Origin: Candidatus Omnitrophota bacterium
GTDB taxonomy: Bacteria > Omnitrophota > Gorgyraeia > Duberdicusellales > 4484-171
Reading direction: 5' to 3'
DNA: 64,000 nt
NCBI GenBank assembly: GCA_021735655.1
Contig: JAIPGM010000007.1
Span: forward strand, 6,125-70,124
The position numbers were made by a program, and so were the translations under genes. The notes beneath the pieces were generated by a model. It made no database searches. It was not told where the DNA came from and was given only the letters and a program-made list of their open reading frames with translations. Of the stretch, positions 54,775-62,516 are shown in pieces. Every line of letters begins with the position of its first letter. The stretch's first letter is position 1.

Positions 54775-55941
54775 TTAAAATATTAGATTAGCAATAAATC
54801 CTAAAACAATTACCTGGGGAACAGTTACGATCGGAAGCCAAATAGCAACTCTCCGACCAACGTTATGCCAAAGAAGCCCAATCTCAGTATAGTCAATAAC
54901 TACCCCGGCCATAAGAAAAACAAAACTGTTTCCCAAAGCTCCGGTTTGTTTAAATATTTCAAAGGCTAAGGGAGCTGACCCCTCAGAACATACCTCAATT
55001 ACGGTGGCAACAGCCAAAGTGACTAAAAGCCCCAAAACCGTTGGGCCCATATAGTTACTAAAAATACTTGAAGGAATATAGGCTCCGGCTAAGCTAGCTA
55101 ATCCAGTACCGATTAGAATCCACCAAAGAACCATATTGCTTAGAGAAATGGCTCCTTTGTATATACCTTTTAAATCCGACTTGAAAATAGCAAAAGAAAA
55201 TTTTCGTCGCTTAATCCGCAGCTTTAAATCTTTAATTACCGAAAAATCTTCTGCAACATTTACAGTATTAGTATTACTCTCAATCAACCCCTGATTTTCT
55301 AGAAATTGAAAAATAAATCCGGTGATTATCGCAATGATAATCGCTGAAATAATTATAAATAGGGCTTTTAAACCAAAAAGCCCTATTAACATTATGGTTA
55401 AAACCATATTCGCCCAGGGACTCGCCAAGAGAAAAGCTACAACCGCTGGGTTTGAAGCTCCTTTTTTATGTAACTGGATTGAAATAGCAAGGATTCCGTG
55501 CGAACAAACACTCATTAAAAAACCGAGAAAAACCGAATAAAAAATTGTTCGCTTTCTAGGACGGGAAAGAAGCAATGAAATATAGTGACGAGGTATATAG
55601 TGCTCGATAACTCCTCCAACTAAAAGACCTAAAGCTATGGCCCACCAGAGGATTTTAAAATAATTAAATAAAGTTTTTCTAAATGGTTCAAGCAGAGGAA
55701 TAAAATAGGAAGCTAAACTCAAAATAGCCATGGCCAAGGCAACAATGAATGTTTTATTTTTATAAAAAGGGTTTTTTGCTACCGTTAGGCAACTCTTAAG
55801 TTTTAATTGAGGTATTTTATTGTCTTGAGCGAACTTTTCTAAACAGCTCTGGCTACAAAAAAAGAAAGTCTCACTCTCGTGATCAATCTGTAAGCTCTTT
55901 TTTTCGTTAACCTTCATTCCGCAAATAGGATCTTGAGCCAC
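54775..55941 (-). CDS. YHS/TRASH metal-binding domain fused to an ArsP/DUF318-like permease
   Basis: N-terminal DPICGMKV (YHS motif) plus CxxC, followed by about 8 TM segments resembling the two-repeat permease family found in ars loci. Confidence 0.6.
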   Translation of the reverse strand: MAQDPICGMKVNEKKSLQIDHESETFFFCSQSCLEKFAQDNKIPQLKLKSCLTVAKNPFYKNKTFIVALAMAILSLASYFIPLLEPFRKTLFNYFKILWWAIALGLLVGGVIEHYIPRHYISLLLSRPRKRTIFYSVFLGFLMSVCSHGILAISIQLHKKGASNPAVVAFLLASPWANMVLTIMLIGLFGLKALFIIISAIIIAIITGFIFQFLENQGLIESNTNTVNVAEDFSVIKDLKLRIKRRKFSFAIFKSDLKGIYKGAISLSNMVLWWILIGTGLASLAGAYIPSSIFSNYMGPTVLGLLVTLAVATVIEVCSEGSAPLAFEIFKQTGALGNSFVFLMAGVVIDYTEIGLLWHNVGRRVAIWLPIVTVPQVIVLGFIANLIF

Positions 55942-55951
55942 TGGGAGTCTC

Positions 55952-56389
55952 CTACTTTAAAAAATCAATATAAACAGCCAGTAATAATGCTAACCCGGAA
56001 AAAATAAAGATAAAAAAATAATTAATTTTATCCTTTTTTGAACTCAATTGACAAAGTAATGTTCCCAAAAGTTCATAGTCATGATCGGACAGTTCTTGCT
56101 TTGAAAGCAGCTTAGGAGTAAGCTGAGAATCCTTTAACTGACGATGCATCAAATTATGACGTCTGAATTTATAGATAAAAAATAAGGTAAACCCGCTTAT
56201 TCCAACATACCAAAATATCTTTGCCAGCATCGGATTAAAATCCAAAACTAAATTAACCGCCCTGACTGATATTGTTGCGATCAAAGCTATAGTAAAAAAC
56301 ACCCAAGCAATCGGTGATTCTTTGCAAGTTTTTAATCTGATACAGTCCTGGCAGATGAACTTTTTATCTTTCTTAAGTGATTTCGACAT
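55952..56389 (-). CDS. small membrane protein with N-terminal CxxC...C motif
   Basis: FICQDCIRLKTC followed by 3 predicted TM helices. Confidence 0.5.
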   Translation of the reverse strand: MSKSLKKDKKFICQDCIRLKTCKESPIAWVFFTIALIATISVRAVNLVLDFNPMLAKIFWYVGISGFTLFFIYKFRRHNLMHRQLKDSQLTPKLLSKQELSDHDYELLGTLLCQLSSKKDKINYFFIFIFSGLALLLAVYIDFLK

Positions 56390-56391
56390 TA

Positions 56392-56892
56392 CTACCTAAT
56401 AGACTTTAATAAATCTTGAAGCAAGCCCCTATGATTTTTCTCTTCACTGATAATTCTATCTAATTCTTTTTTAACTTTCTCAGCAGAAACTGAATTTTTG
56501 CAAAATTCATAGAAGGCAACTGTCTTACTCTCAATGACAACAGCTAACTCTATTGCTTTTTTGGTATCAGTAATAATCTTTTCTAGTTCTTCTTGTCTTT
56601 TAAGACCCTGGAAAATTCCAAAATCAATACTGCTTAATAAATCATTATCTTCGGAAATATCTTCGCCGTTCTTTCTTACTTCGCTTAGAAGATATTCAAA
56701 AATTCTCAAGTGTCGAACTTCCTCAGAAACTAAAAGCTCCAAGGTACTTTTAACCTGCAGCTCAACTACTTTGGCAGCTAATCTTTTATAAAAATCCACG
56801 CCATCTTTCTCAATTTTTTCAGCTATTCGATAAGCTTCAAATTCTGTAAAATCGGTAATTACCAGTTTATCATTTTTTTCTTCTATTTTCAT
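56392..56892 (-). CDS. rubrerythrin-like ferritin-family di-iron protein (no rubredoxin domain)
   Basis: ExxH motifs EEVRH and EEKNH, 166 aa. Confidence 0.65.
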   Translation of the reverse strand: MKIEEKNDKLVITDFTEFEAYRIAEKIEKDGVDFYKRLAAKVVELQVKSTLELLVSEEVRHLRIFEYLLSEVRKNGEDISEDNDLLSSIDFGIFQGLKRQEELEKIITDTKKAIELAVVIESKTVAFYEFCKNSVSAEKVKKELDRIISEEKNHRGLLQDLLKSIR

Positions 56893-57030
56893 AACCAGCC
56901 CTCCATTTGATCAATTATTCTAGCTATTATAAAATCATTATCAGTAAACCCCACGGAAACTAACAACTCTAAAAAAGGAAAAGGGCTTTCCTGAAATACC
57001 ACCTTTCGCATAGCAATGCTCCTTCAGAAA

Positions 57031-57165
57031 TTAAAGATTCCAACTTCCTTTTTCTTTAGTCGTCATCGTCTTATTACAACATTTTATCTTTTTGGTTGAT
57101 TTTTTACCCTTGCCACAAATAACACAAAGGTAAGCTTTTTTTTTATTAGTCTTTCTTTTCGCCAT
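57031..57165 (-). CDS. 44-aa Cys-rich basic protein MAKRKTNKKKAYLCVICGKGKKSTKKIKCCNKTMTTKEKGSWNL (putative small Zn-binding protein)
   Basis: ATG overlaps the upstream gene stop (TAATG), with an AGGAGA SD 5 nt upstream; C-x2-C-x13-CC motif. Below the ORF-track size cutoff. Confidence 0.5.
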   Translation of the reverse strand: MAKRKTNKKKAYLCVICGKGKKSTKKIKCCNKTMTTKEKGSWNL

Positions 57166-57638
57166 TATTTTCTCCTATTCAATAATCTAATTTTCGTCTG
57201 TAATGTCCCCATCGGACAAACCGCACACCAAGTGCGAGCCTGAAAAGGAATCCCGATGAAAATTGCAATCAAGGTAGTTACTAGGCACATTCTTACAAAA
57301 ACAAAACCTAGCGAATAAACATTTCTCTCGACCACAAAAAGTTGACTAGCAAAAAAAATCATAAAGATCGCAAATACCCCCCAACGAAACTTCTGGCTAG
57401 CAAAAATTCTTGGAAGCTGAGCTTTACGACTAACTCTGCTTAAAGCCAAATCCAAAAATGCTCCCCGCGGGCAAAGATGTGAGCACCAAAACCTCCCCTT
57501 AAAATAGGATAAACTTAAAAGAAAAATCATCATCAATAACACCAAGTAGCCTAAAAGAGGAAAAAATAACCCACCGACGATGATTAAAGGTAAAAACCAA
57601 ACCATTATCAACTGACTAAGTTTTACTTTTTTTCCCAA
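57165..57638 (-). CDS. membrane protein with two Cys clusters (4Fe-4S-binding, NapH/MauN-like fragment)
   Basis: CSHLCPRG and CAVCPMG motifs flanking TM helices. Confidence 0.55.
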   Translation of the reverse strand: MGKKVKLSQLIMVWFLPLIIVGGLFFPLLGYLVLLMMIFLLSLSYFKGRFWCSHLCPRGAFLDLALSRVSRKAQLPRIFASQKFRWGVFAIFMIFFASQLFVVERNVYSLGFVFVRMCLVTTLIAIFIGIPFQARTWCAVCPMGTLQTKIRLLNRRK

Positions 57639-57904
57639 AACTCTTCAGCCTCCTCTTCCATTTTTTCTAGCCGATCATAATAATCAGGAAATTCATTAAG
57701 ATGGGCCAAGGCAATTTTTCCGGTAGTTAAGGGATCATCGTTGCTAACATTGGTCTTTGAGTCTACCAAACCATGCTCTAACTCTACATCCATACCTGTC
57801 CTAAACTGATCAAGATCAAATTTATCCCATTTAATTCCTAATTGCTTGCCGATAGCTTTTGCTTCATCTGAGGTAAAATGTTCTTTTGTTGACACCCAGA
57901 CCAC
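57623..57904 (-). CDS. conserved hypothetical protein (DUF; ELEHG...DYY motif)
   Basis: 93 aa, acidic C-terminus, embedded in the rubrerythrin operon. Confidence 0.5.
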   Translation of the reverse strand: MVWVSTKEHFTSDEAKAIGKQLGIKWDKFDLDQFRTGMDVELEHGLVDSKTNVSNDDPLTTGKIALAHLNEFPDYYDRLEKMEEEAEEFWEKK

Positions 57905-57911
57905 CTCCTTT

Positions 57912-58490
57912 TTAATAATTTTCAGCTAAAATTTCGTAATAGCTCTGCGGATGGGCACAGGCCGGACACTTATCCGGGGCCTCTTTGCCTTCATGGACAT
58001 AACCGCAATTACGACATCTCCACTTAACTAATGTATCTTTTTTAAATACTTTTCCTTCCTTCACATTTGAAAGTAGCTTACGATACCTCTTTTCATGTTC
58101 CTCTTCAACCTCGGCTATCTCTTTAAATAAATCAGCAATTTCTAAGAAATCTTCTTCGCGGGCCACAGCTTCAGCTTCTTTATAAAGCTTAGTCCATTCT
58201 AGATTTTCTCCATCGGCCGCCCCTTCCAAATTAGATGCCGTATCTGAAACTATTCCTGCTGGGTAGCTAGCCTGAATCTCAACTTCACCACCTTCTAAAA
58301 ACTTAAAAAACTTCTTAGCATGTTCTTTTTCATTGTCAGCAGTCTCTAGAAAAATGGCTGCTATCTGTTCGTATCCGGATTTTTTGGCCACTGAAGCAAA
58401 ATAAGTATAGCGATTCCGGGCCTGTGATTCCCCGGCAAAAGATGCCAATAAATTTTTTTCTGTTTTAGTTCCCTTTATAGATTTGCCCAT
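57912..58490 (-). CDS. rbr: rubrerythrin (di-iron domain plus C-terminal rubredoxin-like CxxC...CxxC)
   Basis: ExxH motifs plus WRCRNCGY...CPAC. Start set to MGKSIKG, which is preceded by an AAGGAGGA SD. Confidence 0.9.
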   Translation of the reverse strand: MGKSIKGTKTEKNLLASFAGESQARNRYTYFASVAKKSGYEQIAAIFLETADNEKEHAKKFFKFLEGGEVEIQASYPAGIVSDTASNLEGAADGENLEWTKLYKEAEAVAREEDFLEIADLFKEIAEVEEEHEKRYRKLLSNVKEGKVFKKDTLVKWRCRNCGYVHEGKEAPDKCPACAHPQSYYEILAENY

Positions 58491-58509
58491 GACTGAATCC
58501 TCCTTAGAT

Positions 58510-58629
58510 TTATATTTTTTCCATCGGCTGCTCACAACAAACTAATTCTCCGCCTCCAGCCTTAGTCACCGTCACCTCATTACCACAAACATTACACTTA
58601 TATTTTTCACCAACCTGTTCAACTGCCAT
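58510..58629 (-). CDS. desulforedoxin (39 aa)
   Basis: Translation [39 protein letters not shown] has the Dx signature CxxC...GGG..VCC and an AGAGGAGG SD. Not in the ORF track. Confidence 0.8.
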   Translation of the reverse strand: MAVEQVGEKYKCNVCGNEVTVTKAGGGELVCCEQPMEKI

Positions 58630-58645
58630 AAATACCTCCTCTTAT

Positions 58646-59041
58646 CTACTCAAAACTCAATTCTTGAGAATTTTCCCAAAGTCCATGAATATTGCAATAA
58701 CTAGATACCAAAATTACCCCTGGCTTATCGGTTTTTAAACAAACTGTGGCTTTTGGACAAACATAAACTGTACTTGTATTCGGTCCTTGAACCGATGCTC
58801 CATGGGCACTAAATTCAAATCTTCCTAACTGACAAGGGAATTTCTCTCCTTGAGGCTTAAAATATAGCTCAATCCAAGAAATATGGTGCTCGGTTGTATT
58901 GGGATGGGCAATTTCTTTACCTACGGTTACAACAATGCTAACGCATTCGCCCCTTTTAACCGCGCCCTGAACCTCAATAACCGGAACATGTTTCTCAGAC
59001 TTCCAGTCAGCAGTTTGTAATAAATCTTTTATGCTAGCCAT
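58646..59041 (-). CDS. superoxide reductase (neelaredoxin/1Fe-SOR type)
   Basis: EKHVPVIE, HP...EHHI, and C..HG ligand motifs. Confidence 0.88.
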   Translation of the reverse strand: MASIKDLLQTADWKSEKHVPVIEVQGAVKRGECVSIVVTVGKEIAHPNTTEHHISWIELYFKPQGEKFPCQLGRFEFSAHGASVQGPNTSTVYVCPKATVCLKTDKPGVILVSSYCNIHGLWENSQELSFE

Positions 59042-59054
59042 ACCCTTCTCCTTT

Positions 59055-59288
59055 TTATGCTACCTGTTCAACTTCCTTAACCTCAGGTACCACTTCTTTT
59101 AGTTTCTTCTCAATACCCATCTTAAGAGTGTAAGTGCTCATCGGACAACAACCACAAGCGCCGGTTAAACGTAGCTTAACTACCGCCTCTTTGGTTACCT
59201 CGACCAATTCAACATCTCCTCCGTCGGCCTGAAGAGCCGGCCTTATGTCTTCTAAAGCTTTTTCTACCTTCTCTTTCAACATATGCAC
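59055..59288 (-). CDS. NifU-like (Nfu-type) Fe-S cluster scaffold domain protein
   Basis: GACGCCPMS (CxxC) motif, 77 aa. Confidence 0.8.
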   Translation of the reverse strand: MHMLKEKVEKALEDIRPALQADGGDVELVEVTKEAVVKLRLTGACGCCPMSTYTLKMGIEKKLKEVVPEVKEVEQVA

Positions 59289-59303
59289 CTCCTTAATCTC
59301 TAA

Positions 59304-60605
59304 TTATTTAATTACTTTATCCCCTAAAATAGATTTTAAATCTTCTTCAGCCGTAGTGATTGGTTTGATTTCAAATTTCTCAACCAGTATCTCTAACACC
59401 TTCGGTGAAACAAATGCCGGCAAAGTCGGGCCTAAGCGTATATTTTTAACTCCAAGATGAAGCAAAGTTAATAAAATTGCAACCGCCTTCTGTTCAAACC
59501 AAGATAATACTAATGACAGCGGCAATTCATTTACCCCACAGTTGAAAGCCTTTGCCAAAGCTAAGGCAACTTCTATCGCCGAATAAGCATTATTGCATTG
59601 CCCTAGGTCAAGCAATCTAGGTATGCCTTCAATCTCGCCAAACTCAAGTTTGTTGAACCGATACTTACCGCAAGCAAGGGTAAGAATAAGGCAATCAGCA
59701 GGAACCTTCTCGGCAAACTCAGTATAGTAATTTCGGCCCAGCTTAGCCCCATCACAACCCCCAATAAGAAAGAAATGACGGATCTTTCCTCGTTTAACCG
59801 CATCAACTATTTTATCGGCTAAACTTAGAATAGCCGTGTGATGAAACCCAGTCATTATTTTTTTACCCGGTGCTTCAATAAGTGCTGGAAGTTGTTTGGC
59901 TTTAGCAATCACTGACGAAAAATCTCTCGACTTAAGGTGATTTGCGCCAGACACCCCAGTAACGCCAATCGTAAATAACCTATCTAAATAAGTATCTTTA
60001 GGTGGTATCAAAACGCAATTAGTCGTTACCAATAACGCCCCAGGAAATTCTTTAAACTCCTTCTTTTGCTCTTGCCAAGCATTACCGTAATTACCAACCA
60101 AATGTTTAAACTTCCTTAATTCTGGATAGCCATGGGCTGGCAACATTTCGCTATGGGTATAAACATTAACTCCGGTACCCTCTGTTTGTTTAAGTAGTTC
60201 ATACAAGTCAAGCAAATCATGACCGGTAATTAAAATTCCCGGACCGGCCTTTGTCCCAGTTTCAACCTCTGCCGGAAAAGGATTGCCAAAACGATCAGTA
60301 TGAGCCTTATCAAGCAAAGCCATTACCTTTAAGTTCATCTCGCCACACTTTAGAACCATAGCTAGATAATCATTGAGATCAAAACTGACGTTAGTCACTG
60401 TCTTAAAAAGAGCCTCATGCATAAAGCCATCTACCTCTGGATCCACTGCGCCTAATTCCCGGGCATGAAAAGCATAGGCAGCTATTCCTTTCAATCCGTA
60501 AAGTAAAGTATCCTGCAAGCTCTGGATATCAGAATCTTTACCACAAGCGCCTACTTTCACGCATCCGCTGCCACCAATTGTCTGTTCGCATTGATTACAA
60601 AACAT
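59304..60605 (-). CDS. hcp: hybrid-cluster protein (hydroxylamine reductase), short class
   Basis: N-terminal CNQCEQT...C..VGACGK Cys cluster. Start set to MFCNQCEQ at 60603-60605; the longer track ORF is upstream read-through. Confidence 0.85.
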   Translation of the reverse strand: MFCNQCEQTIGGSGCVKVGACGKDSDIQSLQDTLLYGLKGIAAYAFHARELGAVDPEVDGFMHEALFKTVTNVSFDLNDYLAMVLKCGEMNLKVMALLDKAHTDRFGNPFPAEVETGTKAGPGILITGHDLLDLYELLKQTEGTGVNVYTHSEMLPAHGYPELRKFKHLVGNYGNAWQEQKKEFKEFPGALLVTTNCVLIPPKDTYLDRLFTIGVTGVSGANHLKSRDFSSVIAKAKQLPALIEAPGKKIMTGFHHTAILSLADKIVDAVKRGKIRHFFLIGGCDGAKLGRNYYTEFAEKVPADCLILTLACGKYRFNKLEFGEIEGIPRLLDLGQCNNAYSAIEVALALAKAFNCGVNELPLSLVLSWFEQKAVAILLTLLHLGVKNIRLGPTLPAFVSPKVLEILVEKFEIKPITTAEEDLKSILGDKVIK

Positions 60606-60621
60606 ATCGACCAAACCCCCT

Positions 60622-61332
60622 TTAATAACCGATGAAGCTTTCTGTTTTAACCTTATTTTTATCACAACCGGTTTTAAGGCACAAGTCATGCATCGCCTTA
60701 ACCATCGATGGTGGGCCAAAAACAAAAAAGGTTCTATCTTTCCATCTCTCTATCTTCTCAACTAACAACTCTTGACTAATCACACCGTTAATGCAGCTCT
60801 GATCCTTTGGTTCACAATCAGTCACCAGATAGAATACCTTTATAGTATCATTAGCCGCTTGCCAGTTATCCAGCTCTTCTTTAAAAGCAATATCTTCAGT
60901 CCGGTTAGAATAAAGCAAAATAACATTTGTCTTAAGCCGCTTATTTTCAATGTATTCAATAATTGAAATTACCGGGGTTATGCCAATTCCACCAATTAAA
61001 AATGCTACCTTCTTATTGTCATCACTGAATACACAGCTACCCATCGCCGGCTTTAAATCTACTTTATCACCCGGTTTCAGGTCTCTTAGCTTTTGAGAAA
61101 ATTCACTTTCGCTCAATCTTTTAGTGACCTCCAAATATTGTTTAGTTGGTGAAGAGGAAAAAGAAAGGTACTTATTCAGCTGATGATTCCTAAGATTATC
61201 GCTATCGAAAATAAGTTGTGTAAACTGTCCGGGTAAAAAATCTACCCTTACTTCCGGAAAAAACCGAAAACTCTCTATATCTTTAGTTCTCTTGATGCGT
61301 TCACTTAAACTTGCCTTAATTTTATTTTCCAT
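60622..61332 (-). CDS. FNR-family FAD/NAD(P)-binding oxidoreductase (putative Hcp/rubredoxin reductase partner, no Fe-S domain)
   Basis: KYLSFSS (RxYS-type FAD motif) and GGIGITP NAD motif. Start at the MENKIKA ATG, overlapping the fur-family stop by 11 nt. Confidence 0.7.
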   Translation of the reverse strand: MENKIKASLSERIKRTKDIESFRFFPEVRVDFLPGQFTQLIFDSDNLRNHQLNKYLSFSSSPTKQYLEVTKRLSESEFSQKLRDLKPGDKVDLKPAMGSCVFSDDNKKVAFLIGGIGITPVISIIEYIENKRLKTNVILLYSNRTEDIAFKEELDNWQAANDTIKVFYLVTDCEPKDQSCINGVISQELLVEKIERWKDRTFFVFGPPSMVKAMHDLCLKTGCDKNKVKTESFIGY

Positions 61333-61741
61333 TATTAACCTCCCGGCAGTTTTTACATGTACCATAGAAGTAACCCTGAAGCTCTTCGATGATATTACCG
61401 TCAACTTCTCGTTGTTCAAGAGCCTTGCAAGGCTTCATATTAAGATCCGAAATTTCATCACAGCTCTTACATAAAAAATGATGGTGGGGGTCAATTCTAG
61501 CTTCAAAGCAAGACTTATCAAACTGTATTCTTATCTCATTAATTACGTGCTTCTGCTTAAAAAGATCCAAAACCGTATAAACAGTAGCCAAAGATACTGC
61601 TGGCATTCTAAGCTTAACTCTCTCGTAAATCTGATCAGCAGTTAAATGCTTACCATTATTTAAAAGAACTCCATGGACCTCTAACCTCTGCTGAGTTGGC
61701 CTTATATCATGACCCCTTAATACCTTAAGACTGTTTTCCAT
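61322..61741 (-). CDS. Fur-family metalloregulator (PerR-like by context)
   Basis: N-terminal HTH region, HHHF.C..C metal-site motifs, C-terminal CxxC; heads the oxidative-stress cluster. Confidence 0.85.
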   Translation of the reverse strand: MENSLKVLRGHDIRPTQQRLEVHGVLLNNGKHLTADQIYERVKLRMPAVSLATVYTVLDLFKQKHVINEIRIQFDKSCFEARIDPHHHFLCKSCDEISDLNMKPCKALEQREVDGNIIEELQGYFYGTCKNCREVNNGK

Positions 61742-61750
61742 ATTAATCGA

Positions 61751-61779
61751 CTATACAACTTTTTCTCCTTATTGTCAAG
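61751..61779 (-). promoter_or_regulatory. sigma70-like promoter for the fur-family gene (TTGACA, 17 nt, TATAGT); implies a near-leaderless mRNA
   Basis: Minus-strand TTGACA (plus 61774-61779) and TATAGT (plus 61751-61756); the ATG lies only about 9 nt after the -10 element. Confidence 0.5.
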
Positions 61780-61794
61780 AATTATTTTTGATTA

Positions 61795-61807
61795 ATAATG
61801 ATTATTG
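61795..61807. promoter_or_regulatory. Fur/PerR-box-like perfect palindrome AATAATGATTATT
   Basis: 13-bp 6-1-6 perfect inverted repeat about 55 nt upstream of the fur-family ATG; resembles the PerR box TTATAATnATTATAA and the Fur box core. Confidence 0.5.
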
Positions 61808-61928
61808 TTAAAAGTCATAACCCTCTTTCCTCCATAAGGTTCTAGTCCAACTCATTAATCGGGTTAAAAAATGGGCATGAAAACAAGCTAAAAAATAATA
61901 GCGTTTTCAGATCAAAAGAAAAATACCC

Positions 61929-61958
61929 TTGAAAGGAAAGCTAAAACCATGTTATATT
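61929..61958 (+). promoter_or_regulatory. promoter module A (TTGAAA, 18 nt, extended -10 TGtTATATT), plus strand
   Basis: Part of a roughly 44-nt block repeated in inverted orientation at 62517-62545. Confidence 0.55.
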
Positions 61959-61964
61959 TATATG

Positions 61965-62067
61965 AAATAAGGGTAGCATAACAACTTAAACTAAAAAAGA
62001 GAGGGACTTCCGTTAAGGAAGAGGCTTCAAGAATAATCTTGTAAGCAGAAACCCCTCTCTTTTTTTA
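61965..62067 (+). ncRNA. candidate ~100-nt small structured RNA (orphan; promoter A to intrinsic terminator)
   Basis: No ORF. Short leader, then a multi-branch structure (outer stem AGAGAGGG/CCCTCTCT enclosing hairpins CTTCC-GTTAA-GGAAG and GCTTCAAGA-ATAAT-CTTGTAAGC) followed by T7. Confidence 0.4.
61993..62067. terminator. bidirectional rho-independent terminator (A6-stem...stem-T7)
   Basis: AAAAAAGAGAGGG...CCCTCTCTTTTTTT works on both strands, ending the plus-strand sRNA and the minus-strand pilZ transcript. Confidence 0.6.
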
Positions 62068-62123
62068 TAGAATTTTTAAACTATCTTTAAGCTGAAACGA
62101 TTGAAAAGGTTGGGTTTTTAAGG

Positions 62124-62453
62124 CTAAGTTGCAAAAACTTTCCCTAAAAAATGGGAAAGCGACTTCTTGCCTTTCTCATTTAACTCAATGAATTGAAGAC
62201 CAGCTGAATAACGATCAGCCATCCTATCTTTATTGCACCAAACAAGTTTGGCCTTTAAGTCGACCACTGCATCAACAAGGTTAACATGTAATTTTAAAAG
62301 ACTATCTCTAGGAATAAAGGTATTGCTTACTATCTTTACTCCAACCATACTTAGATCCTTGCAAACGGTATAAAAATACTTCTGAGAAGGAAGAGTTTTG
62401 CACTCAACCGGGAAAGATATTCCTACTCTGGGGTTATTTCTTCTTTCTTGCAT
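62124..62453 (-). CDS. single-domain PilZ protein (c-di-GMP receptor-like)
   Basis: RRNNPR (RxxxR) and DLSMVG (DxSxxG) motifs, 109 aa. Confidence 0.7.
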   Translation of the reverse strand: MQERRNNPRVGISFPVECKTLPSQKYFYTVCKDLSMVGVKIVSNTFIPRDSLLKLHVNLVDAVVDLKAKLVWCNKDRMADRYSAGLQFIELNEKGKKSLSHFLGKVFAT

Positions 62454-62464
62454 AATTGTCGGTT

Positions 62465-62510
62465 AAAAAAGAGTCCGAACCCGTGGCTTTAGAGACACAA
62501 GTTCGGATTT
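62465..62510 (-). promoter_or_regulatory. promoter-proximal hairpin plus U6 tract in the pilZ 5' leader (attenuator/terminator-like)
   Basis: Minus-strand RNA forms UCCGAAC-(20-nt loop)-GUUCGGA then CUC-UUUUUU, ending 11 nt before the pilZ ATG; no SD in between. Confidence 0.45.
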
Positions 62511-62516
62511 CATATA

